DNA from: Candidatus Omnitrophota bacterium
Lineage (GTDB): Bacteria > Omnitrophota > Gorgyraeia > Duberdicusellales > 4484-171
Direction: 5' to 3'
Length of the DNA: 32,000 bases
Assembly (NCBI GenBank): GCA_021735045.1
Contig: JAIPHU010000010.1
Location: forward strand, 1 to 32,000
Program-made: the position numbers and the translations under genes
Part shown: positions 8,639 to 16,943 of the stretch, one piece after another
Layout of the letters: the number at the start of each line of letters is the position of its first letter
Position numbering within the stretch: the stretch's first letter is position 1
Notes under the pieces: generated by a model
Told to the model about the DNA's origin: nothing
Seen by the model: only the letters and a program-made list of their open reading frames with translations
The model's database searches: none

Positions 8639-9664
8639 ATGGGGAAAAACATTGCAGTTGTTGGTGTTGGGGCAGTAGGAGTTGAAATATTAAAAATTTT
8701 AAAAGAGAGAAAATTTCCTGCTGATAAGATTAGAGTTTTTGCTCGGACTAGCCGAGAAATTAACATAGAAGGCCAAAGCTATCAAGTTGAAGCTATCTCG
8801 GAAGAAAATTTTGATGATGTTGATATTGCTCTTTTTGCTGGAACTGAAGGCGAAAAAGGAGCCAGCGTGCAATACGCTCATAAATTTATTAAAAAAGGTG
8901 CTATTGTGATTGATAACGGTAAAGATTTTCGGCTTAAAAACGAAGTTCCTTTAGTGGTTCCTGAAGTCAATAAAGATGAAATCTCTAAAAATCAAGGGCT
9001 TATTGCAAATCCAAACTGTACCACGATTCAGATGGTTGTGGCCTTAGGACAACTATTTAAGAGATTTGGCCTTAAAGAGGTAATTATGACTAGTTTACAG
9101 GCAACTAGCGGAGGAGGTAGGTCTTCGGCTCAATCTCTCTGGGAGGAGACAAAAAACATAGTCGAGAAAAATAAAGGCAAAAACTATTTTAATCAATTAA
9201 ATAAAAATAGGGGCCAGGTAAAAAGTAGTTTTTCCCACCAGATAGCTTTTAATGCTATACCTCAAATCGGCAGCTTTAACCAGGATGGTTTTACAACGGA
9301 AGAACAGAAAGTTATTGACGAAACACATAAAATATACAGAGACGATAAAATTAAAATATCTGCGACTTGTGTTCGAATCCCGGTGTTTACTTCACACTCT
9401 GAATCAATTTATTTTAAGACTGCCAAAGTAGTAGAGCTAGAACAGGTAAAAGAGGTTTTAGAAAATTCTCCCGGTGTTGTTTTTTCTGCTAATCAATCTG
9501 ATTTTTCTTTGGCTCTAGACGCAGAAGGTAAAGATCCGGTTTATGTAGGAAGATTGCGTTGTGACTCTAGCCAAAAAAATGGTTTCTGGCTTTGGGCTGT
9601 CTCAGATAATTTGCGTAAAGGAGCAGCTCTCAATGCAGTTCAAATTGCCGAAAACCTGCTCTAA
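8639..9664 (+). CDS. asd: Aspartate-semialdehyde dehydrogenase
   Basis: 341 aa with N-terminal VVGVGAVG Rossmann motif and ANPNCTT (catalytic Cys). RBS gaggtga. Confidence 0.92.
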   Translation: MGKNIAVVGVGAVGVEILKILKERKFPADKIRVFARTSREINIEGQSYQVEAISEENFDDVDIALFAGTEGEKGASVQYAHKFIKKGAIVIDNGKDFRLKNEVPLVVPEVNKDEISKNQGLIANPNCTTIQMVVALGQLFKRFGLKEVIMTSLQATSGGGRSSAQSLWEETKNIVEKNKGKNYFNQLNKNRGQVKSSFSHQIAFNAIPQIGSFNQDGFTTEEQKVIDETHKIYRDDKIKISATCVRIPVFTSHSESIYFKTAKVVELEQVKEVLENSPGVVFSANQSDFSLALDAEGKDPVYVGRLRCDSSQKNGFWLWAVSDNLRKGAALNAVQIAENLL

Positions 9665-9670
9665 CAAAGA

Positions 9671-9782
9671 GGGGACGGTCCTTACCCTTGTAAGTCTTTG
9701 ATTAATAGTTATTTATGGAAAAAATAAAATTAATATAATTTATTAAAAGTAAAATACCGTTAGAAGAGTAAGGACCGTCCCC
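9671..9782. repeat. Perfect 15-bp GC-rich inverted repeat pair flanking an 82-bp AT-rich core
   Basis: ggggacggtccttac (9671-9685) is the exact reverse complement of gtaaggaccgtcccc (9768-9782). The element occupies nearly the whole asd-truA gap and ends 2 nt before the truA ATG. Confidence 0.85.
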
Positions 9783-9784
9783 GG

Positions 9785-10522
9785 ATGGAAAGGAATATTT
9801 TTTTAGAGATAGAGTATCTAGGCACTGACTATTTTGGCTTTCAAATTCAAAATAAAAAAGAAATAACTATTCAAAGCATCCTGGAAAAAGCATTATTTCA
9901 ACTTTTTAATCAATCGGTAAGAATTAATGCTTCAGGAAGAACCGATCGGGGTGTACACGCTAAGGCTCATCCTTTAAATTTTAAAATTAATACAGAAATA
10001 CCTTTAGAAAATATTAAAAAAGCGTTAAATTCTTTTTTGCCTGCGGATATAAGAGTAAAGAAGATAAAAAAAGTATCTTTAGACTTTCATAGTCGATTCA
10101 GTGCAAAATCAAAAATTTATCGTTATATAATATTGAACCAAAAAGATCCTTCTGTATTTTGGTCGCAGTTTTCTTGGCATTTTTCTGATCAATTGAATAT
10201 AAGTTTAATGCGCCAGGCAGCAAAGCAATTAGTCGGTTTAAAGGATTTTTATGCTTTTGCTAAAGGAGCTAAGAAATACAAGAGTTGTGTAAGAAATTTG
10301 AAAAAAATAACTATGAGAAAGAAAAATAATTTTATCTATGTCAATATAGAGGCAGATGGTTTTCTGCATCAGATGGCAAGGAATATAGTTTCTTTTCTAA
10401 CCGATGTCGGTAGAAAAAAGATTGCCATCGGGCAGGTAGATGGTATTTTGTCAGGCAGAATTAAATTTATAAAAAAACCTGCTCCTTCTTGCGGTCTTTA
10501 TCTTAAACGAGTTAAATATTGA
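9785..10522 (+). CDS. truA: tRNA pseudouridine(38-40) synthase
   Basis: 245 aa with GRTDRGVHA (catalytic Asp). The N-terminus IEYLGTDYFGFQIQ is typical of TruA. Confidence 0.92.
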   Translation: MERNIFLEIEYLGTDYFGFQIQNKKEITIQSILEKALFQLFNQSVRINASGRTDRGVHAKAHPLNFKINTEIPLENIKKALNSFLPADIRVKKIKKVSLDFHSRFSAKSKIYRYIILNQKDPSVFWSQFSWHFSDQLNISLMRQAAKQLVGLKDFYAFAKGAKKYKSCVRNLKKITMRKKNNFIYVNIEADGFLHQMARNIVSFLTDVGRKKIAIGQVDGILSGRIKFIKKPAPSCGLYLKRVKY

Positions 10523-10555
10523 GGAAAGCATTTGGCTAGATTTTTTTATCCTATA

Positions 10556-10564
10556 TGGTATAAT
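10556..10564 (+). promoter_or_regulatory. Extended -10 promoter element TGgTATAAT
   Basis: tgg at 10556-10558 plus tataat at 10559-10564. There is no good -35. The ATG of the downstream lipoprotein gene is 8 nt after the hexamer. Confidence 0.4.
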
Positions 10565-10572
10565 TTTTGTCT

Positions 10573-11055
10573 ATGAGAAAAAAAGCTTTATTTATTTTTT
10601 TACTGGTAATTTTAGTCTTAAACGGAGGTTGTCATTCTTTACGTAAGAAATTTATCCGTAAAAAAAAGGAAGAAAAGGTACCGGTTTACATAACTCCTAA
10701 GGAATATCCTCAAAAACCAACTCGTGATATTTATGTTGATTATTATCTTTATGTCAAAGGCTGGCTTGAAGAGTTAGCCAAGGCATTACGTAAGGGGATA
10801 AGCTATAAACGGCAAAAACATACAATAGATGAAGCAGTAATGAATCTTGAGCAAATAATTTCTTTTTTTAATCAAAAAGGAAAAGAAAATATAGAATCTT
10901 TGCACAAGGAGCTTAAACAAATACAAGCTGAAATTAATCGGATTCCTAACTTAAGCCGAATTAAAAGAGATTCTCTTATTCGTAAAGTTCAAAAGATTAA
11001 AAGAAAATTTGATTCTAATTATACCTATACTGATGTAAAAGAATGGTTAAATTAG
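10573..11055 (+). CDS. Hypothetical lipoprotein
   Basis: N-terminus MRKKALFIFLLVILVLNGGC looks like a signal peptide with a lipobox-like Cys. The rest is Lys/Glu-rich and probably helical. I recognise no family. The ORF-track start at 10567 is a TTG two codons upstream. Confidence 0.6.
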   Translation: MRKKALFIFLLVILVLNGGCHSLRKKFIRKKKEEKVPVYITPKEYPQKPTRDIYVDYYLYVKGWLEELAKALRKGISYKRQKHTIDEAVMNLEQIISFFNQKGKENIESLHKELKQIQAEINRIPNLSRIKRDSLIRKVQKIKRKFDSNYTYTDVKEWLN

Positions 11056-11657
11056 ATTTAAAGGTTTTTCCTTCTGGCCCGCTAGATACAAATAACTATC
11101 TTCTTTTTGATCAACAATCTAAGAAGGGATGTATCATAGACCTTTCCTCATCTTCCGGCCGGTTATTTGATTTTCTTAAAAGAGAAGGGATTAAAGTTGA
11201 TTTTGTGCTTTTAACGCATGCTCATTTTGATCATATTGAGGGGTTAAGGCATACTGATTTTCCTTTTTTTCTTCATAAAAAAGATTTTGCTTTAATTTCA
11301 GATCCAGAAAAGAATGGTTCTGCTTTTTTTTCTGACCCTATAGTTATAGAAAAAAAACCTTATTTTTATAAAGAAAAGCTAGATTTTTGTGGTTTAAGAA
11401 TTGATGTTATTCATACTCCTGGCCATACACCCGGGTCAGTTTCATTAAAGTTAGATAATTGGCTTTTTAGTGGGGATACGATTTTTTATCAGGCAGTAGG
11501 CCGCACTGATATTCCTTTAGCTTCTGGTCAAGAGCTAAATAAATCAATTAAAGAGAAAATATTAGTTTTACCTGATGAAACTATAATTTATCCTGGCCAT
11601 GGCCTGAGTTCAACTTTGGCTCATGAAAAAAAACATAATCCTTTTTTGGCCATTTGA
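11043..11657 (+). CDS. MBL-fold metallo-hydrolase (glyoxalase II-like)
   Basis: 204 aa with LLTHAHFDHIEG (HxHxDH) and the later conserved His in HTPGHTPGS. Confidence 0.85.
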   Translation: MVKLDLKVFPSGPLDTNNYLLFDQQSKKGCIIDLSSSSGRLFDFLKREGIKVDFVLLTHAHFDHIEGLRHTDFPFFLHKKDFALISDPEKNGSAFFSDPIVIEKKPYFYKEKLDFCGLRIDVIHTPGHTPGSVSLKLDNWLFSGDTIFYQAVGRTDIPLASGQELNKSIKEKILVLPDETIIYPGHGLSSTLAHEKKHNPFLAI

Positions 11658-11686
11658 AATTGTTTAGTGTTTCGAATTTATAACTT

Positions 11687-12583
11687 ATGGATACCTATAT
11701 TGAAGCATTTTTTGATTACCTAAGGGTTGAAAGAGGATTGGCTCAAAACTCTATAAAATCATACAAGACAGATTTAAGTAAATACAAAAAGTATTTAGAT
11801 AAGTTAGGTATAAATAACCCTAGAAGAGTAAAAAGAGATGATATCTCTGAGTTTATTTTTTCTTTGCGAAGTTCACTTTCTATAGGTACTATTTCACGGA
11901 TACTTTCATCAGTTAAAAATTTTCATCAATTTTTATTACGAGAAAAAATAATATCTGATGACCCTTCTAGTTTAATAGAATCACCAAAGTTAGATAAGAA
12001 AATTCCTTCATTTTTAACGTCTCAAGAGGTTGTTCGGGTTCTTAAGGCACCGAACTTAAAAAAAAATAAAGGGTTAAGGGCCAGAGCAATTTTAGAAACT
12101 ATGTATGCAAGCGGGTTGAGGGTTTCTGAGCTGGTTGAGTTAAAGACCCAAGATGCTAATCTAGAAATAGGGTTTATTAAATGCAAAGGCAAAGGCTCTA
12201 AAGAAAGGATTATCCCCTTAGGTAATACTGCTAATCACTTTATAAAAAGATATAAGCAGGAAGTAAGGCCTGATTTACTAAAAGAGAAAGAATCTACTTT
12301 TTTATTTCTTGCTCAGGGAGGCCATAAACTAAGCCGGCAAAGTGTTTGGAAGATTATCAAGGCCATGGTTAAAAAGGCAAAAATAAAAAAGAAAGTAAGC
12401 CCGCACACTTTAAGGCATTCTTTTGCTACTCATCTCCTAGAAGGTGGGGCGGATTTACGTAGTGTCCAAGAAATGTTAGGCCATGCAAATATAACTACGA
12501 CTCAGATTTATACTCATATTAATCAAACAAGGTTAAAAGAAATTCATAATCAATTTCATCCTCGGGCAAAAAATCAAGGATAG
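11687..12583 (+). CDS. xerD: Tyrosine recombinase, XerD-like
   Basis: 298 aa. The N-terminal FFDYLRVERGLAQNSIKSYKTDL is XerD-like. Catalytic contexts are GLRVSEL (Arg), HTLRHSFATHLL (His-x-x-Arg) and LGHANITTTQIYTH (His, Tyr). Confidence 0.8.
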   Translation: MDTYIEAFFDYLRVERGLAQNSIKSYKTDLSKYKKYLDKLGINNPRRVKRDDISEFIFSLRSSLSIGTISRILSSVKNFHQFLLREKIISDDPSSLIESPKLDKKIPSFLTSQEVVRVLKAPNLKKNKGLRARAILETMYASGLRVSELVELKTQDANLEIGFIKCKGKGSKERIIPLGNTANHFIKRYKQEVRPDLLKEKESTFLFLAQGGHKLSRQSVWKIIKAMVKKAKIKKKVSPHTLRHSFATHLLEGGADLRSVQEMLGHANITTTQIYTHINQTRLKEIHNQFHPRAKNQG

Positions 12584-12591
12584 TTGCTGTA

Positions 12592-13857
12592 ATGATTAAC
12601 AGATTAAAAAAATTAAATCCCCAATTCAGAAACATTTTAAAAATATCCTCAAGGTTAGCTAAAAAATCAGATTATAATATCTATTTAGTTGGAGGAGTAG
12701 TAAGAGATCTATTGCTTAATCGGCCTGTGTTTGACCTAGATATAGTGGTTGAAGGTGACGCTATATCCTTGGTCAGGCAGTTGGCAAAGCGGCTCAAGAT
12801 AGATTTTCGAAGACATCATAGTTTTGGTACAGCAACTTTATCTTATCAGGGGCATAAAATAGATTTTGCTACAGCTCGTAAGGAACGATATCCTCATCCT
12901 GGTTCATTGCCAAAAGTAAAACCATCTTCTTTAGAAAAAGATCTAATTAGAAGAGATTTTTCTATAAATGCCATGGCAATAAGTATAAATAAAAAAAATT
13001 ATGGCCAGTTGATAGATTTTTATCACGGGCGTCGAGATTTAAAAAATGGATTAATTCGAATATTATATTCGGAAAGTTTTTTCGATGATTCTTTAAGAAT
13101 CTTACGTGCTGTTAGGTTCCAACAACGTTTTTCTTTTAAGATAGAAACAAAAACCTATGCATTAATGAAACAAGCTATCGGCGCGGGAGCTTTACAATGG
13201 ATTAATCCTCATCGCCTTAGAGATGAATTAATTCTTTTTTTAGATGAAACTAATCCTTATCGATATATAAAAAGATTTTACTTACTTGAGAAGTTTAATT
13301 TTATAAATAAACGAATAAAGTTAAATAAGAAAGAGTTTAATTTCTTCATCAGGGCTCAAGCTGCAATTAGATTTTATAATAAAACATTTAGCAATAAAGA
13401 TAAAATTAAAAGATGGTCAATATTTTTGGCTGGTATTTTAGTGAATTTATCTTATCGTGAAGTTATTGAAGTTACCAATAGATTTGGGTTTAAAAAAGAT
13501 GAAAGGTTAATTATTAGCTCAATAAAGAAAGATATAGGCAAGATAAAAAAGTTAGATAGAAAGTTAAAGCCCAGTGTTATTTATAAAATCTTAACCGGTT
13601 ATAGCCGGGAAGCACTGATCTTTTTTTATGCTTATTTTCCCAGAAAAAAAATACGGAGTAATATAATCTTTTTTCTAAAAGATCTATCAGGCCAAAAGTT
13701 AAAGATTAAAGGAAAAGACTTACAGAAGATGGGGGTTGAGTCATCGTCCTTTATGGGCAAAACACTAAAGAAACTATTTTTTTTGAAGTTAGATAAGAAC
13801 TTAAAGACAAAACGTCAGGAGATAAAAGAGGTAAAAAAAATAGTTAAAATAAAATAA
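12592..13857 (+). CDS. cca: Class II tRNA nucleotidyltransferase (CCA-adding / poly(A) polymerase family), with no HD domain evident
   Basis: 421 aa with GGVVRDLLL...FDLDIVV (GG..RD and DxD), RRDFSINAMA, and DDSLRILRAVRF (EDxxR-type motif). Confidence 0.8.
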   Translation: MINRLKKLNPQFRNILKISSRLAKKSDYNIYLVGGVVRDLLLNRPVFDLDIVVEGDAISLVRQLAKRLKIDFRRHHSFGTATLSYQGHKIDFATARKERYPHPGSLPKVKPSSLEKDLIRRDFSINAMAISINKKNYGQLIDFYHGRRDLKNGLIRILYSESFFDDSLRILRAVRFQQRFSFKIETKTYALMKQAIGAGALQWINPHRLRDELILFLDETNPYRYIKRFYLLEKFNFINKRIKLNKKEFNFFIRAQAAIRFYNKTFSNKDKIKRWSIFLAGILVNLSYREVIEVTNRFGFKKDERLIISSIKKDIGKIKKLDRKLKPSVIYKILTGYSREALIFFYAYFPRKKIRSNIIFFLKDLSGQKLKIKGKDLQKMGVESSSFMGKTLKKLFFLKLDKNLKTKRQEIKEVKKIVKIK

Positions 13858-13889
13858 TAATAGATACATTTAGGATTATTTTCATAAGC

Positions 13890-13918
13890 TTGATAATATT
13901 TGCAGCTTGCGGTATAAT
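13890..13918 (+). promoter_or_regulatory. Sigma70-type promoter TTGATA-17 nt-TATAAT upstream of rbfA
   Basis: ttgata at 13890-13895, a 17-nt spacer, and tataat at 13913-13918. It lies in a 94-bp gap ~34 nt upstream of the rbfA ATG, which has a gggag RBS. Confidence 0.6.
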
Positions 13919-13951
13919 CCAGTCTTATTTTTTTAAAAAGCGGGAGTAGGT

Positions 13952-14305
13952 ATGTCGGTAAGAATAGACAAAATCAATACAGAAATGCGTAAGCAAATTA
14001 TGAAAATAGTTCAACAAGAGATTGATGACCCGAATGTAGGGTTGGTGACTATAACTAAAGTGGATACCAAACCTGACCTAGAAGAAGCTAAAGTTTATTT
14101 TAGTATTTTAGATCAAACCAAGCAAAAAAAAGTAAAAGAGACATTAGATAAGATGAAAGGTTTTATCAAGGTATTATTAGCAAGGAAAATAAGATTAAAA
14201 AAAATACCTGAGTTAGTATTTCAGTTAGATGAATCAATAAAATATAGTGTAGATATCTACCAAAAAATAGAGGAGTTAAAGGATGAAGAGGGCAAAGATC
14301 AGTAA
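13952..14305 (+). CDS. rbfA: Ribosome-binding factor A
   Basis: 117 aa. The core VTITKVDTKPDLEEAKVYFSIL is typical of RbfA. Context with truB. Confidence 0.9.
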   Translation: MSVRIDKINTEMRKQIMKIVQQEIDDPNVGLVTITKVDTKPDLEEAKVYFSILDQTKQKKVKETLDKMKGFIKVLLARKIRLKKIPELVFQLDESIKYSVDIYQKIEELKDEEGKDQ

Positions 14306-15251
14306 AATAAAAAAGATAGTTGAGTTAATTAAAAATAATAACAGTTTTTTAATAACTGCTCATATGAACTTAGAGGGAGACGCTTTAGGTTCTGAGTTGT
14401 CTTTATTTCTTTTGCTTAAAAAATTAAATAAAAAAGTTACAGTTTATAATCATGATGCCACTCCTGATGTTTATAAATTTCTTCCCAAACATAAACTTAT
14501 AAAAAATAATTTTAAAAAAGGAAAAATTGATCTGGCTTTTGTTTTGGATTGTTCGGACTCTTCTCGTGCCGGCAAGGTGGAAGATAAGTTAAATGATGCT
14601 GGTAATGTAGTAAATATTGACCATCACATCAGTAATACTTTTTTTGGAGACCTAAACTGGGTAGAGCCAAAGATGAGTTCTGCCTCAGAGATGATTTATC
14701 ATTTAGCTAAGGAAATGAGAATTATGGATAAAAATATTGCTCTTTGCATATATACGGGTATTTTTACAGATACAGGTAGTTTTAGTTATGCAAATACAAG
14801 TCCTGATACCCACAGGATAGTGTCAGAGTTAATGAAGTTTAATATTAAACCTCATCTCATTGATAAGGAAATTCATAGTTTGTGTGTACCAGATGATATT
14901 GATTTTATTGGTAAATGCATATCAAGGTTAAAATTTGCTCCTGGCCAGAAGATATCTTGGATAACTATCTCTAGATGGCAGAAAAAAAACTATGATCTTA
15001 CGGAAATAATTTTCTCTATAATGAAACTTTTAAAAAAACCTGAGGTTTTTGTTATTTTTAAAAGAATAAGTAAAGATAGAACTAGAATTAATTTCCGTTC
15101 TTGCTCGAAGCTGGATGTAAACAAGGTTGCTAAGTTTTTTGGAGGAGGAGGGCATAAGAGAGCTAGCGGCACAACCTTAAACAAGAATTTAAAAGAATCC
15201 GAGAAAAAGGTGATTAATTTTATTAAGGGGTGCCTAAATGGCAAAAAATAA
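14283..15251 (+). CDS. nrnA: DHH-family phosphoesterase (NrnA-like oligoribonuclease/pAp phosphatase)
   Basis: 322 aa with HMNLEGDALGS, LDCSD, NIDHH and C-terminal GGGGHKRASG (DHHA1) motifs. Confidence 0.85.
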   Translation: MKRAKISKIKKIVELIKNNNSFLITAHMNLEGDALGSELSLFLLLKKLNKKVTVYNHDATPDVYKFLPKHKLIKNNFKKGKIDLAFVLDCSDSSRAGKVEDKLNDAGNVVNIDHHISNTFFGDLNWVEPKMSSASEMIYHLAKEMRIMDKNIALCIYTGIFTDTGSFSYANTSPDTHRIVSELMKFNIKPHLIDKEIHSLCVPDDIDFIGKCISRLKFAPGQKISWITISRWQKKNYDLTEIIFSIMKLLKKPEVFVIFKRISKDRTRINFRSCSKLDVNKVAKFFGGGGHKRASGTTLNKNLKESEKKVINFIKGCLNGKK

Positions 15252-15930
15252 TTTTAATAAAAGCCGCAAAGGAATATTACTTATTAATAAACCTTTGGGG
15301 CCTACTTCACATGATATTGTTGGTGTAGCTAGGAAAAAATTAAAATTTCGCAAAATTGGACATGCTGGTTCTCTAGATCCTTTAGCCGAAGGCCTTTTGA
15401 TTCTTTTGGTTGGTTCTTATACCAAAAGTTTTGAAAAATTTGTTAATTTTGATAAAGAGTATTTTGGAACTTTAAAATTAGGGGAAGTTACTGCCACTGG
15501 AGATTCAGAAGGAGAAGTTATAGAAGAAAAAGAATGGAGAAATATATCAGAGTTGCAGATAGAAAAAGTTATTAAAGATTTTCAAGGGGCAATTGAACAA
15601 GTTCCTCCCATGGTAAGTGCCTTAAGAAAAAAAGGGCAAAGGCTATACAAATTAGCAAGAAAAGGTATTACTGTAAAAAGAAAACCCAGAAAAATAAATA
15701 TATATAGCTGCAGTTTAGAAAGCATACGGTTGCCTTACCTAGATTTTTATGTTCACTGTTCCAAAGGTACCTATATTAGAAAATTAGCAGAAGATATTGG
15801 CAAGAAACTTGGTTGTGGCGCCTATGCAACTAAAATATTAAGAAAAAAAATAGGCCCTTTTCATTTAAAAGATTCGATAAAACCTGAAGATATCAATGAA
15901 ACTTATTTACAAGAATTTACCTTCTCATAA
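15238..15930 (+). CDS. truB: tRNA pseudouridine(55) synthase
   Basis: 230 aa with GHAGSLDPLAEGLL (catalytic Asp) and QVPPMVSALRKKGQRLY. Confidence 0.92.
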   Translation: MAKNNFNKSRKGILLINKPLGPTSHDIVGVARKKLKFRKIGHAGSLDPLAEGLLILLVGSYTKSFEKFVNFDKEYFGTLKLGEVTATGDSEGEVIEEKEWRNISELQIEKVIKDFQGAIEQVPPMVSALRKKGQRLYKLARKGITVKRKPRKINIYSCSLESIRLPYLDFYVHCSKGTYIRKLAEDIGKKLGCGAYATKILRKKIGPFHLKDSIKPEDINETYLQEFTFS

Positions 15931-16801
15931 AGTTGATAACTGTATAGTAACTATTGGGGCTTTCGATGGTGTTCATCTGGGCCATCAACATATATTAAAG
16001 GAAGTAAAGTCTCAAGCAAAAAAAAACCATAAGCCTTCTTTGGTAATTAGCTTTGACACTCCCCCGAAAAAAGTTTTATATTCGAAGCAAAAATTTAAGG
16101 GTTACTTGACTGACTATAGGCAGAAAGCTTCTTTGATTGAATCTTTGGGAGTTGATTATTTATGGATTTTAGAAACTAAAACAAATTTGTTAAATTATAC
16201 TGCTGATAAATTTTTATCATATATAAGTAACTATTTTTCAATAGATGAAATGATTGTCGGCAGTGATTTTCGTTTTGGTATCAAGGCTGGAGCTGGAACT
16301 ACTCGGCTGAGTCAACTTTCAGATGATTACAATTTTCGTTTGAAAATTATTAATAAAAAAAAGTTTGACAAGACTCTTGTAAGTAGTTCTTTTATACGAG
16401 AGTTAATAAGGTCATCTAAACTAGAAAAATCAAAAAAATTATTAGGAAGAAATTATACTTTAAAAGCTAAAGTAGTTAGAGGTAAAGGGGTGGGAAGACA
16501 GCTTGGTTTTCCTACAGCGAACTTAAATACTTTTGATTATATTTTACCTGGCCAAGGTGTTTATGCAGCTTATAGTAAAGTAGAAAATAAGGATTTTCTT
16601 GCTGCTGTTAATATCGGTAAAAAAGATTTTGAAGTTCATCTGTTAAATTTTTCTAAGGATATATTAAACAGTAATATTGAAGTAACTCTTTTAAGCAAAA
16701 TTCGGGATGAACTAAGTTTTCAGTCACGAGGCCAATTAATCAAACAAATCCAAAAAGATATTCAAAATATCACCTCAAAATATAGTACCCCCACTAATTA
16801 A
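15896..16801 (+). CDS. ribF: Bifunctional riboflavin kinase / FMN adenylyltransferase
   Basis: 301 aa with GAFDGVHLGH in the N-terminal FMNAT domain and GRQLGFPTANL in the C-terminal kinase domain. Confidence 0.9.
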   Translation: MKLIYKNLPSHKVDNCIVTIGAFDGVHLGHQHILKEVKSQAKKNHKPSLVISFDTPPKKVLYSKQKFKGYLTDYRQKASLIESLGVDYLWILETKTNLLNYTADKFLSYISNYFSIDEMIVGSDFRFGIKAGAGTTRLSQLSDDYNFRLKIINKKKFDKTLVSSSFIRELIRSSKLEKSKKLLGRNYTLKAKVVRGKGVGRQLGFPTANLNTFDYILPGQGVYAAYSKVENKDFLAAVNIGKKDFEVHLLNFSKDILNSNIEVTLLSKIRDELSFQSRGQLIKQIQKDIQNITSKYSTPTN

Positions 16802-16846
16802 TTTACACAATCCCTTGTGTTAGAGTAATTTATTTCGCTATATGCC

Positions 16847-16875
16847 TTGACAGGCTACTATATTCGAGATATATT
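16847..16875 (+). promoter_or_regulatory. Consensus-like sigma70 promoter TTGACA-17 nt-TATATT (dcw/mraZ promoter)
   Basis: ttgaca at 16847-16852, a 17-nt spacer, and tatatt at 16870-16875. It lies in the 142-bp ribF-mraZ gap. Confidence 0.7.
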
Positions 16876-16881
16876 AGTCAT

Positions 16882-16905
16882 GTGGAATAAAGTGGCACAA
16901 AGTGG
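16882..16905 (+). promoter_or_regulatory. Putative MraZ operator: three direct GTGG boxes at exact 10-bp period
   Basis: tGTGGaataa / aGTGGcacaa / aGTGGaaaaa, with GTGG at 16882, 16892 and 16902, immediately downstream of the -10. This resembles published MraZ sites: TGGGN x3 at 10-bp period in E. coli and AAAGTG[G/T]-type repeats in Mollicutes. Confidence 0.65.
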
Positions 16906-16943
16906 AAAAAATCTCGGTAGAACAATATTTTTGAGGTGACCAA

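Noticed and set aside
9671-9782. The 15-bp inverted repeat as a Rho-independent terminator after asd
   Set aside because: The loop would be 82 nt and no T-run follows the distal arm. The truA ATG follows immediately, so it does not have intrinsic-terminator geometry.
11687-12583. The tyrosine recombinase as an integrase marking a mobile island or prophage
   Set aside because: The sequence is XerD-like along its whole length. The flanks are housekeeping genes on the same strand, with no tRNA, att-like repeats, phage genes or transposase genes.
10573-13857. Lipoprotein + MBL hydrolase + recombinase + nucleotidyltransferase as a candidate defence or novel system
   Set aside because: The nucleotidyltransferase has the class II CCA-enzyme motifs (GG..RD, DxD, RRD, EDxxR-like), not CD-NTase-like features. 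The MBL protein is a generic glyoxalase II-like hydrolase. The association is adequately explained by compaction of housekeeping genes.
16805-16820. Small hairpin acacaa-tccc-ttgtgt after ribF as a terminator
   Set aside because: It is a 6-bp AT-rich stem with no adjacent T-run. That is too weak to call, although an operon boundary here is plausible because the mraZ promoter follows.
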